Part shown: one piece after another, positions 37,185 through 45,525 of the stretch
Numbering within the stretch: the stretch's first letter is position 1
Layout of the letters: the number at the start of each line of letters is the position of its first letter
Source: Bacteroidota bacterium
Lineage (GTDB): Bacteria > Bacteroidota > Bacteroidia > Flavobacteriales > Weeksellaceae
Direction: 5' to 3'
DNA length: 64,000 nucleotides
Assembly: GCA_023419095.1 (NCBI GenBank)
Contig: JAEZYN010000030.1
Location: forward strand, 3,309-67,308
The notes under the pieces: generated by a model
What the model was told of the DNA's origin: nothing
Seen by the model: only the letters and a program-made list of their open reading frames with translations
Database searches by the model: none
Program-made: the position numbers and the translations under genes

Positions 37185-37820
37185 ATGCAGAAAGCGCTTT
37201 TATTCATAAACGGAGAACCGCCGGAAAACCTTCCTCACACTGAAGGATATGCACTGATAGCGTGTTCGGACGGGGCATTCCATTACTTAAAAGAAAAAAA
37301 ATTTCCGTTCGAAAAGCTTGATTTTATTTCGGGTGATTTTGATTCGCATTCTGGTGCGGATGACGCTGTGTACCGGGATAAGTTCATCTACACACCCGAT
37401 CAGAACAAGACCGACTTTCATAAATCGCTGGAAATTATCCAGCAAAAAGGTATAAAGAAAGTGGATATTTACGGTGGCAGCGGCGGAGAGATGGATCATT
37501 TCCTGGGAAATCTGCATACCGCCTTTCTGTTTAAGGACAAAATTGAACTCAAATTCTTTGATGCATACGGCACTTACTTTTTTTCGCCGAAAAATTTAGT
37601 TTTAAAAGAATGTCAGGGAAAACTGGTCTCACTAATTCCTTTTCCGGCTACAGAGAATGTAAGTAGCAACGGGCTGAACTGGGAACTTTCGTGCGAAGAT
37701 CTGTCGCTCACGACACGCATCGGGTCTCGAAATTTTGCTTTAAGTGATACGGTGGAAATAACTTTTACGGGTGGTGACCTGGTAGTTTTCGTGGGTAACA
37801 TCCCAAAAGGTAAGTTTTAG
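37185..37820 (+). CDS. thiamine diphosphokinase
   Basis: 211 aa with an ISGDFDS motif and a C-terminal thiamine-binding beta domain pattern. Confidence 0.7.
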   Translation: MQKALLFINGEPPENLPHTEGYALIACSDGAFHYLKEKKFPFEKLDFISGDFDSHSGADDAVYRDKFIYTPDQNKTDFHKSLEIIQQKGIKKVDIYGGSGGEMDHFLGNLHTAFLFKDKIELKFFDAYGTYFFSPKNLVLKECQGKLVSLIPFPATENVSSNGLNWELSCEDLSLTTRIGSRNFALSDTVEITFTGGDLVVFVGNIPKGKF

Positions 37821-37915
37821 GGTTTATTCTCCACATAAACCAACTTTTTTGCGCAATTTTGCAATTTATTTTCTGCGAACTTTTTACACATTAAAATTCC
37901 AAATATTTCTAAAGA

Positions 37916-39307
37916 ATGAAAATTAAATATTCAGAACTTATCGACCAGACTTTGTATTTCCCGACAGAAGAATTCAACGTCTCGGAAAATACGCTTCTGT
38001 TTCACGATATTCCTCTGATGGATGTGGTAGAGCAGTATGGCACGCCGCTGAAGTTTAATTATCTCCCGAAAATCTCGATGAATATTCAGCGCGCCAAGGC
38101 GTGGTTCAAAGAAGCCATTGAGAAGAATGATTATAAAAAAGGCTACCGCTATTGCTACTGCACCAAGTCGAGTCAGTTTGCATTTGTGCTCGAAGAGGCT
38201 TTAAAAAATGATATTTCGATCGAGACTTCCTCCGCGTACGACATGGACATTGTGAAATCGCTGTACGACAAAGGAAAGTATGATAAAGACGTTGAAGTGA
38301 TCTGCAATGGTTTCAAGACTGACGATTATCTGCATAAAATTTCCGAACTCATCAATAGCGGTTTCCAGAATATTATTCCCGTTCTGGACAATTACCGCGA
38401 GCTTGATAAACTCACTGAAAGTATTGATACGACCTTCAATATCGGGATTAGGATCGCGTCTGAAGAGGAGCCGAAATTCGAATTTTACACGTCAAGACTG
38501 GGCATCGGCTACAAAGACATCATCCCATATTACAGCCAAAAAATTGCTGAACATCCCAATGCGCGCCTGAAAATGCTGCATTTCTTCATCAATACCGGCA
38601 TCAAGGACACGGCGTATTACTGGAATGAGCTTTACAAGTGTCTCCGCGTGTATGCCAGGCTGAAAAAGATTGCGCCGGAAGTAGATTCGCTCAATATCGG
38701 CGGCGGTTTCCCGATCAAAACATCCCTGAATTTCGATTACGATTACCAGTATATGGTGAACGAAATCGTGTCGCAGATCAAGAAATTCTGCGAAGAAGAA
38801 GGGGTGGAAGAACCCAATATCTATACCGAATTCGGTAGTTTCACGGTTGGCGAAAGCGGTGGAAATCTTTACAAAATCATTTCCCAAAAACGCCAGAACG
38901 ATAGAGAAAAATGGAACATGATCGACTCCTCTTTCATGACCACTTTGCCGGACACATGGGCCATTTCGCGCCACTTTATCATGTTGCCGCTGAACCGTTG
39001 GGACGATACCTATGAACGTGTTTTTCTCGGCGGATTGACCTGTGATTCAGATGATTATTACAATTCCGAGCAACATACCAACGCGATTTATCTGCCTGTT
39101 TTCAGTGATACGAAACCGCTGTATATCGGATTTTTTCACACCGGGGCTTACCAGGAAACCATCGGCGGCTACGGCGGCGTTCACCACTGCCTGATGCCTC
39201 AGCCGAAGCATATTCTGATCAATAAGGACGAAGACGGCAATTTCACCTACGAAGTTTTCCGCGAAGAACAAAGGCCGGAAGACGTGCTGAAACTTTTAGG
39301 ATATTGA
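37916..39307 (+). CDS. speA: arginine decarboxylase (fold-type III PLP enzyme, short Bacteroidota form)
   Basis: 463 aa with the PLP-lysine region YCTKS, GGGFPI and TCDSDD motifs. Agmatinase lies nearby. Confidence 0.75.
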   Translation: MKIKYSELIDQTLYFPTEEFNVSENTLLFHDIPLMDVVEQYGTPLKFNYLPKISMNIQRAKAWFKEAIEKNDYKKGYRYCYCTKSSQFAFVLEEALKNDISIETSSAYDMDIVKSLYDKGKYDKDVEVICNGFKTDDYLHKISELINSGFQNIIPVLDNYRELDKLTESIDTTFNIGIRIASEEEPKFEFYTSRLGIGYKDIIPYYSQKIAEHPNARLKMLHFFINTGIKDTAYYWNELYKCLRVYARLKKIAPEVDSLNIGGGFPIKTSLNFDYDYQYMVNEIVSQIKKFCEEEGVEEPNIYTEFGSFTVGESGGNLYKIISQKRQNDREKWNMIDSSFMTTLPDTWAISRHFIMLPLNRWDDTYERVFLGGLTCDSDDYYNSEQHTNAIYLPVFSDTKPLYIGFFHTGAYQETIGGYGGVHHCLMPQPKHILINKDEDGNFTYEVFREEQRPEDVLKLLGY

Positions 39308-39312
39308 ATTAA

Positions 39313-39338
39313 GGAGCAACAAAAGAGTTGCTCCTTTT
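39313..39338 (+). terminator. rho-independent terminator after speA
   Basis: GGAGCAAC-aaaaga-GTTGCTCC followed by TTTT. Confidence 0.75.
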
Positions 39339-39352
39339 CATTTGCGGTCCCG

Positions 39353-39497
39353 CTTTCCGTTGCAATCTTTTTTTCGGCAGCTTTGCCGCCGAAAAAAAGG
39401 ATTTCCACTGCAATCGGGGCTAGGATGTCGGGTATTTGCATTTCCCGCCGCTGGGCTCTACAAATAGACTTTTCGGCGCTCGCTTCGCTCGCGCCCT
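39353..39497. repeat. REP-like intergenic element, best-preserved copy, plus degenerate partial copy and GC hairpin
   Basis: Left arm TTCCGTTGCAATC, then T7-CGGCAGC-ttt-GCCGCCG-A7, then right arm GGATTTCCACTGCAATCGGGGCT (39399-39421). This is followed by GGATGTCGGG...GGGCT and GGCGCTCGCTTCGCTCGCGCC. Confidence 0.7.
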
Positions 39498-39505
39498 CAA
39501 TATAT

Positions 39506-40165
39506 TCAAAAAAATCTTTCAATCTTCTCCATTGCAATTTCCGAAAAATCCGAAATTACCATATTGGCTTTGCTGTAATCCTGACCTGCCGAATGTTCGC
39601 TTTTGTAAGCCACACAGAAAATTCCGGCCGCGTGCGCAGCCAGAATTCCATTCGTAGAATCCTCGATGACAAGACAGTTTTGTGCAGGTTCGCCCGCCAA
39701 TTTGGCGGCTAACTGAAAGATTTCAGGATGAGGTTTCGACTCCTTTAGACTTGCACCGCTGATTTTTCCGCTAAAATATTTTTCGAGACCGAATTTTTCA
39801 AAAACCCAGTTGATCGTGTTCATGTGTGCGGACGAAGCCAAAATAAGTTTCAGTCCGTTACTGTGATAGTTTTCTATCAGGTTTTTTACGCCGGGAAGTA
39901 GATCAAAATCCGCATCATTATCAAAATAGTGCTTGAAATAGCGGCGCTTTATAGAAGCGAGATCTTCGGGTGATGTCCCTAAATTAAATTTTTCTGCCAG
40001 TGTGCTGCAAACTTTCTGCGTTGACGCACCGGTGAAACTCGTATACAGTTCTTCAGTAACGGTGATGCTGAGGTCTGCGAACATTTTGAAATAAGCTTTT
40101 CGGTGCAATGGCTCGGTATCTACGATGACACCATCCATATCGAAAAGTACAGCTTTTAAAGGCAT
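39506..40165 (-). CDS. HAD-family hydrolase (beta-phosphoglucomutase-like subfamily IA)
   Basis: The ATG at 40165 gives MPLKAVLFDMDGVIVDTE (the DxDGV motif I). It also has SSA (motif II) and EDSTNG (motif IV). The track ORF extends to 40219. Confidence 0.8.
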   Translation of the reverse strand: MPLKAVLFDMDGVIVDTEPLHRKAYFKMFADLSITVTEELYTSFTGASTQKVCSTLAEKFNLGTSPEDLASIKRRYFKHYFDNDADFDLLPGVKNLIENYHSNGLKLILASSAHMNTINWVFEKFGLEKYFSGKISGASLKESKPHPEIFQLAAKLAGEPAQNCLVIEDSTNGILAAHAAGIFCVAYKSEHSAGQDYSKANMVISDFSEIAMEKIERFF

Positions 40166-40222
40166 ATTTGTGATTTTCGCAAAGGTAGATAAAGCGAATT
40201 TAAAACAATTGGGTGACAAAAA

Positions 40223-40432
40223 TTACCGGTTCGCTTCGATAATCCATATCAAACCAAAGAATAAAGCCACTATTATTAACAGCGCAAGTACCGATTTCCA
40301 GTTGGCGAAATTCACTGTCCAGCCCATCCACGGCTGACGTTTGGGCGGAAATATTCTTTGGTCGTTTCTATTGAAGTAGAAGACGCCCCAAATCCAGTTG
40401 CCGGCATCGTTCCGAAAATTATCAGTTTTCAT
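40223..40432 (-). CDS. small membrane protein (DUF5808-like)
   Basis: 69 aa. FYFNRNDQRIFPPKR..WMGWTVNFAN followed by a C-terminal TM helix. Confidence 0.5.
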   Translation of the reverse strand: MKTDNFRNDAGNWIWGVFYFNRNDQRIFPPKRQPWMGWTVNFANWKSVLALLIIVALFFGLIWIIEANR

Positions 40433-40558
40433 CTTTTTAGGTTTGTCTTAAAGTTACGGTTTTTTCCTGAAAATTGGCAATCTGAAACGGGCTTCTGTTT
40501 ACAATACGTTTTTTTACCTTTGGACATTCAAAATTCAAAATTAAAATCTAATTTATAC

Positions 40559-41416
40559 ATGAAAACATACGCCGGTATTCCCGTAGAAAACGCATCCCTC
40601 GAAAACTCAAAAGTAATGCTTGTCACTGTGCCATATGACGGAACTTCCACCTGGGGAAAAGGCGCCGACAAAGGCCCTGAACTCTTTCTCGACGCTTCCG
40701 AAAATATGGAACTTTTCGATATTGAAACCCGAACTGAGCCTTACCTTGAAGGTGTATATCTGGCAGGCGAAATTTCAGAAGATTCAACGCCGGAGGCAAT
40801 GACAGAAGCGGTTTATCAGAAAACCAAGGAACTGCTGAACCACGACGGCAAACTTTTCACGCTTTTTGGGGGTGAACATTCGGTTTCAATTGGTTCGATC
40901 CGCGCGGTGGGTGAAAAGTATGAAAACCTCACGGTTCTTCAGCTTGATGCGCATACAGATTTGAGACCTGAGTTCCATGGTTCCACGTCAAACCACGCGT
41001 GTGCAGTTTATGAAGCCAGCAAAAAACACAATCTGGTTCAGGTTGGTATCCGTTCGATGGATGTGGAAGAAATGGAACACGTAAATGAAGAGCAGTGCTT
41101 CTGGGCACACGAGATCGCGACAAACCCAAACTGGATCGACGATGTGCTGGCAAAAGTTTCCGGAAATGTATATATCACCATCGATCTTGATGCTTTCGAT
41201 CCCGCGATTGCGCCTTCAACGGGAACGCCGGAGCCGGGCGGTCTGCAGTGGTATCCAACTTTGGAGCTTTTGAAAAAAGTGTTCGAAAAGTGTAATGTTG
41301 TCGCGTTCGATATTGTAGAATTAATGGATTCGCCGATGCCGAAACCAAGCGCGTTCTTAGCCGCGAAATTGTATTATAAAATGCTGGCGTATTATCATTT
41401 GGGAAGAGCCAAGTAA
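40559..41416 (+). CDS. speB: agmatinase
   Basis: The ATG at 40559 gives MKTYAGIP... (the track ORF starts at 40358). Ureohydrolase motifs GGEHS, LDAHTDL and TIDLDAFDP are present. Confidence 0.85.
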   Translation: MKTYAGIPVENASLENSKVMLVTVPYDGTSTWGKGADKGPELFLDASENMELFDIETRTEPYLEGVYLAGEISEDSTPEAMTEAVYQKTKELLNHDGKLFTLFGGEHSVSIGSIRAVGEKYENLTVLQLDAHTDLRPEFHGSTSNHACAVYEASKKHNLVQVGIRSMDVEEMEHVNEEQCFWAHEIATNPNWIDDVLAKVSGNVYITIDLDAFDPAIAPSTGTPEPGGLQWYPTLELLKKVFEKCNVVAFDIVELMDSPMPKPSAFLAAKLYYKMLAYYHLGRAK

Positions 41417-41455
41417 AAAGAGCGAGGTAAAAAGCGCCAGGAATCAAAAATCAAG

Positions 41456-41491
41456 AAAAAAATGCTTTCCATAATGTTGGGAAGCATTTTT
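41456..41491. terminator. bidirectional terminator-like hairpin after speB
   Basis: A5-AATGCTTTCC-ataatgtt-GGGAAGCATT-TTT. Confidence 0.65.
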
Positions 41492-41536
41492 GATGAAGTG
41501 TGGTTTAAAAAAGACAGATTGATGCACGTTTTTTCA

Positions 41537-41662
41537 CCTGAAAGTTCCAAACACTCGTGCGACAGTCTTTCCGGTGTTCCCGAAAGTTCCAAACACACGT
41601 GCGACAACCTTTCGGGAAGTCCCGAAAAGTCCAAACACGCGTGCTTCTAACTTTCGGGAAAC
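41537..41662. repeat. three tandem 42-bp units, each a hairpin (stem CCYGAAAG/CTTTCSGG)
   Basis: Units lie at 41537-41578, 41579-41620 and 41621-41662. They share GAAAGTTCCAAACAC.CGTGCGACA and are contiguous, with no unique spacers. Confidence 0.85.
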
Positions 41663-41693
41663 GGGTCAGGCAATTCAATGTTATATTTTGTCT

Positions 41694-43550
41694 TTATTTC
41701 AAAACATCTACTTCCAAAGAACTGTCGCCAAAAACCTTGATGAAGGCTTTGGTGTAATCTTCTTTTGCAGCGAAGTTCGGATTGTCCATAAATTTCTGAG
41801 GGTTTACAGCAAACAGTGGAAACCAGGTGCTTGAAATTTGGATCTGGATTTTATGCCCTTTCTTAAAGGTGTGCACCACATCCTGAAGCCGGAAATTCAC
41901 AGCTGTTTTTTGGTTCGGTACCAGGGCTTCCGGCTTTTCACGTGAGTTGCGGAATCTGGCCGGCATTATTTCGCTGCGCACCATCTGGTGGTAATTTCCG
42001 TAAACCACGCCGTCTTTCTTTTCTGTGGGTTTGAAATCTTCCGGATAGACATCGATAAGTTTCACCGCAAAATCGGCATCGGTAGAAGTAGAGGAAATAT
42101 TAAGTTTTGCTAAAATTTCGCCTGCAAAAGTGAGGTCTTCCGTGAGTACATCGGTTGTGAATGTGATCACATCCGGCCTTCCCACCGCGAAACGCTGGTC
42201 TTCGCTCATATAATTTCGCGGTGTGAACCCGTTGAAGTCTTTCAGTTTATCTGAACTTAAAACCGGATTGTTCGGATCGCTGTAATACTCCGAGGTTGAG
42301 TTGGAAGCTGCCGGTTTCAGGGTTCCGTCTGCGAGGAAAAAGTTGACTTTCTGCGCGTTTTTAGGCGGATAAACATCAAATTCTTTCCACTCTTTTTTTC
42401 CGGTGTCGTACATCATCGCTTCAGGTAAACCGGCGTCAGCTTTGGAATTCCCTTTAAGATAATGACTGAAAAATTTAGTTTCCAGATTTTTTTGATAATA
42501 GGTCGCAATGCTGTCTCCGAAATAAATCTCATTGTGAAAATGTTTCCCGGTTTCGCGGCTCCACGCGCCGTGCGAGAAGGGTCCCATTACAATGGTGTTT
42601 TTAGCATTTGCGCTGGTTTTCTCAATGGTTTTATAAATATTTAGAGGTCCGGACAGATCTTCGGCATCGTACCATCCGCCGACGGTCATCACTGCGTGTT
42701 TCACGTTTTTCAGGTGTGGCAGCAGACTTCTTTTTTGCCAGTATTCATCGTAATTCGGATGATTCATTACTTCGGTCATAAAGAAATTGTCCTTGTAATA
42801 TTTTTCGTAGCCGTCTTTCAGCGGTCCCATATCGCGGTAAAACTTTAAGCCGTCTTCTGATGTTGGTTTAATCATACTTTCGGTGTACCAGGCCTTGTTT
42901 TCAGGCTTTGTTTTTTGCACGCCAAAGACGGGAAAAGTCCTGAAATAGCCGAGCATGAACTTGCCGTTGTGCAGAAAATCATCATTCCAGAAATCCGAAA
43001 TTGGTGCCTGCGGCGACGACGCTACCAATGCCGGGTGATCCGCCAAAATGCCTGCAGCAGTATAAAATCCCGGATAGGAAGTGCCGTACTGACCCACTTT
43101 TCCGTTGTTGTTTTTCACATTTTTCAGCAACCACTCGATCGTGTCGTAAGTATCCGTGCTTTCATCTACGTCTTTTTTGGTTTTGTGTGCTACCTGTGGC
43201 GTCATGTTGGTAAATTTTCCTTCGCTCATGTATCGTCCCCGAACGTCCTGATACACAAAAATGTACTTGTCGTTCATCAAAAATTTATTCGGCCCGAGCG
43301 AAGCGCGGTATTCGTTTTCGCCGTAAGGTGCGATGCTGTAGCACGTGCGCTGCATGATGAACGGGTATTTTTTAACCTTCGAAATATCTTTTGGAATGTA
43401 AATCGCAGTGAATAATTTTACGCCGTCACGCATTGGGATGTAAACTTCCTGTTTGGTGAAATTTTCTTTTACAAATGAATTGTCCGGTGCCGTTTGAGCG
43501 AAAGCCGAAAGAAAACAGAATAGAAGGGTAAGTTGCAGGAATTTTTTCAT
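41694..43550 (-). CDS. CocE/NonD family hydrolase (S15 Xaa-Pro dipeptidyl-peptidase-like), secreted
   Basis: 618 aa with signal peptide MKKFLQLTLLFCFLSAFAQ, the nucleophile elbow GTSYPG and a C-terminal beta-sandwich domain pattern. Confidence 0.8.
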   Translation of the reverse strand: MKKFLQLTLLFCFLSAFAQTAPDNSFVKENFTKQEVYIPMRDGVKLFTAIYIPKDISKVKKYPFIMQRTCYSIAPYGENEYRASLGPNKFLMNDKYIFVYQDVRGRYMSEGKFTNMTPQVAHKTKKDVDESTDTYDTIEWLLKNVKNNNGKVGQYGTSYPGFYTAAGILADHPALVASSPQAPISDFWNDDFLHNGKFMLGYFRTFPVFGVQKTKPENKAWYTESMIKPTSEDGLKFYRDMGPLKDGYEKYYKDNFFMTEVMNHPNYDEYWQKRSLLPHLKNVKHAVMTVGGWYDAEDLSGPLNIYKTIEKTSANAKNTIVMGPFSHGAWSRETGKHFHNEIYFGDSIATYYQKNLETKFFSHYLKGNSKADAGLPEAMMYDTGKKEWKEFDVYPPKNAQKVNFFLADGTLKPAASNSTSEYYSDPNNPVLSSDKLKDFNGFTPRNYMSEDQRFAVGRPDVITFTTDVLTEDLTFAGEILAKLNISSTSTDADFAVKLIDVYPEDFKPTEKKDGVVYGNYHQMVRSEIMPARFRNSREKPEALVPNQKTAVNFRLQDVVHTFKKGHKIQIQISSTWFPLFAVNPQKFMDNPNFAAKEDYTKAFIKVFGDSSLEVDVLK

Positions 43551-43613
43551 GAATGATTATTTTGCCCGAAAGTATGAAAATAGTTAGAAATTTAATCTGA
43601 AAAGTGCGCATCA

Positions 43614-44222
43614 ATGAGTTTATTTGATACTGCTTTTGATTCAAACCTTAATCTTTTACCAAAAGACGGAACGGTCAATTACTATGGGAAGATTTTAAGT
43701 AAAGATGAGGCAGACCGATTTCAACAGGCACTTTTGAAGACCATCCAATGGCGCAATGATGAGGCTGTGATTTTCGGTAAAAAAATCCTCACGAAGCGCA
43801 AAGTAGCGTGGTACGGCGATGAAGAATTTAAATATACCTACTCTAAAACGACCAAAACCGCACTTCCATGGACTGCGGAACTGCTGGAGATAAAGAGAAT
43901 TTGCGAGGCAGAAACGTGTGAGATATTCAATTCGTGTTTGCTCAATCTCTATCATTCCGGCGAAGAAGGCATGGCCTGGCACAGCGATGCGGAGAAAGAT
44001 CTGAAGAAAAACGGCGCAATAGCTTCCTTAAGTTTAGGCGCTGAAAGAAAGTTTCTATTCAAACATAAATTCAGCAGCGAAAAAGTGGATGTGCTCTTAG
44101 AAAACGGCAGTTTATTGGTAATGAAAGACGAAACCCAAAGCTTTTGGCTTCACCGTTTGCCACCAACCAAAAAGGTAAATACACCAAGGATTAATCTTAC
44201 TTTCAGAACAATAGAACGTTGA
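43614..44222 (+). CDS. alkB: alpha-ketoglutarate-dependent dioxygenase AlkB
   Basis: 202 aa with the Fe(II) triad region MAWHSDAE...H and C-terminal RINLTFR. Confidence 0.85.
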   Translation: MSLFDTAFDSNLNLLPKDGTVNYYGKILSKDEADRFQQALLKTIQWRNDEAVIFGKKILTKRKVAWYGDEEFKYTYSKTTKTALPWTAELLEIKRICEAETCEIFNSCLLNLYHSGEEGMAWHSDAEKDLKKNGAIASLSLGAERKFLFKHKFSSEKVDVLLENGSLLVMKDETQSFWLHRLPPTKKVNTPRINLTFRTIER

Positions 44223-44366
44223 AACTGATGGTTCTGCGTCAGTATTTGAAACTGTTTACATTAAAAATTTGGCTTAAAAATTGTGAAAAGTTTAATATTT
44301 GTTAGCATCCTGGCATCATTATTAATAGGTAAATTTGAAAATATTAAAACATTAAATCATCGAACT

Positions 44367-44846
44367 ATGAAAAAACTAATTGCAACCTCAGCACTCGCAT
44401 TGGCAGTTTCATTTGCATCAGTCGCCTGTAAGAAAAAGGTGAGTGATGCCGATCTTCAGACGCAGGCAACTACTGTGGTAACAGCAAATCCGCAAGCTTC
44501 AGTAGAAGTGAAAGACGGCACTGCGCATCTTAGCGGCACTTTTGAAGATGAAGCTTCGCGCGATCAGATGATTGCTTCACTCAAAGCAATACCGGGCATC
44601 AAGGACGTAATGGACATGTCAAAAATTGAAGCCGCTCCTGTTGTAGAAACGGTTTCTGCCGTAGATCCGGCTGTTCAGCAGAGAGTAGCTGATGCCGTTA
44701 AAGATTTTCCTTCAGTTTCCGTAGAAGTCATCAATGGTGAACTGACGCTTACCGGAAATGTTTCGCCAGAGCAGGCGCGTAAGATCAAGATGTCTGTAGA
44801 TGCCCTTCAGGCAGGAAAAGTAAATTATAATTATAGTGTAAAATAA
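44367..44846 (+). CDS. BON domain-containing lipoprotein
   Basis: The ATG at 44367 gives the lipobox MKKLIATSALALAVSFASVACKK. Two BON-like units are present (VKDGTAHLSGTFEDEASRDQMIASLKAIPGIKDV and VINGELTLTGNVSPEQARKI). Confidence 0.7.
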   Translation: MKKLIATSALALAVSFASVACKKKVSDADLQTQATTVVTANPQASVEVKDGTAHLSGTFEDEASRDQMIASLKAIPGIKDVMDMSKIEAAPVVETVSAVDPAVQQRVADAVKDFPSVSVEVINGELTLTGNVSPEQARKIKMSVDALQAGKVNYNYSVK

Positions 44847-44851
44847 TAGCA

Positions 44852-45271
44852 ATGAGTACCTTACAAGATAAATACGCAGGAGTGATCTCTGCTGCACAGT
44901 CTGCCGGAATCCGGAATCTGCAGGTTTTAGAACAGGACGGCATATTATATGTTTCAGGAGACGCTGCATCCAGTGCGGCAAAAGACAGCGTTTGGAATGC
45001 CTTGGGCGCTATTGATACCACCTATTCAGCGTCTGATATCAACCTCAACGTGCAGGTTTCCGGTCTGTCTGCGGGCGCTTCGCTTACGGTATCTACGGAT
45101 AATTCAAATCTAAATATCCGCCAGGAAGCTTCTACAGACGCAGCCATTGTGGGGAAAGCAGCAAAAGGTGACGCAGTGACCTTGGTAGAACAAACCTCTG
45201 ACGACTGGTGGAAAGTACGCACCTCAGACGGTGTGGAAGGTTACGCCTATTCACGCTATCTCCGTTCATAG
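44852..45271 (+). CDS. hypothetical protein with C-terminal SH3b-like domain
   Basis: 139 aa. The C-terminus LNIRQEASTDAAIVGKAAKGDAVTLVEQTSDDWWKVRTSDGVEGYAYSRYL is a bacterial SH3 pattern. It lies 5 nt after the BON gene. Confidence 0.6.
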   Translation: MSTLQDKYAGVISAAQSAGIRNLQVLEQDGILYVSGDAASSAAKDSVWNALGAIDTTYSASDINLNVQVSGLSAGASLTVSTDNSNLNIRQEASTDAAIVGKAAKGDAVTLVEQTSDDWWKVRTSDGVEGYAYSRYLRS

Positions 45272-45297
45272 AAAGTCTTTCGTTATATATTTGTTAA

Positions 45298-45326
45298 CCT
45301 CTGGATTCGTTAATTCAGGGGTTTTT
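45298..45326 (+). terminator. rho-independent terminator after the SH3b gene
   Basis: CCTCTG-gattcgttaatt-CAGGGG followed by TTTTT. Confidence 0.55.
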
Positions 45327-45337
45327 GTTTGGGGCCA

Positions 45338-45387
45338 TCTCGTCATGGGAATTTATTTGCTGACGCAAACAAATTCCCATGACGAGA
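45338..45387. repeat. 23-bp inverted repeat (long hairpin, 4-nt loop)
   Basis: TCTCGTCATGGGAATTTATTTGC-tgac-GCAAACAAATTCCCATGACGAGA, with one mismatch in 23 bp. Confidence 0.85.
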
Positions 45388-45394
45388 CCGCGAT

Positions 45395-45449
45395 CTCCGA
45401 TACAATCGCCGCGGCCTTTTCAGGCCGCGGAGGATTTCCACTGCGATCG
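45395..45449. repeat. REP-like intergenic element copy
   Basis: Left arm CTCCGATACAATC, then hairpin CCGCGGCC-ttttca-GGCCGCGG, then right arm AGGATTTCCACTGCGATCG. Confidence 0.7.
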
Positions 45450-45525
45450 CTTGTCCGGCGCGGTTGTTCAAATCTATATATGCTAAAAAAACTATATTTG
45501 TAACCTTACACAACAAAGAAATAAC

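Noticed and set aside
41537-41662. Possible small CRISPR array, because regular ~42-bp periodicity is visible
   Set aside because: The three units are contiguous and homologous along their whole length. There are no unique spacers between repeats, no cas genes in the window and only three copies. It is a tandem repeat, not a CRISPR array.
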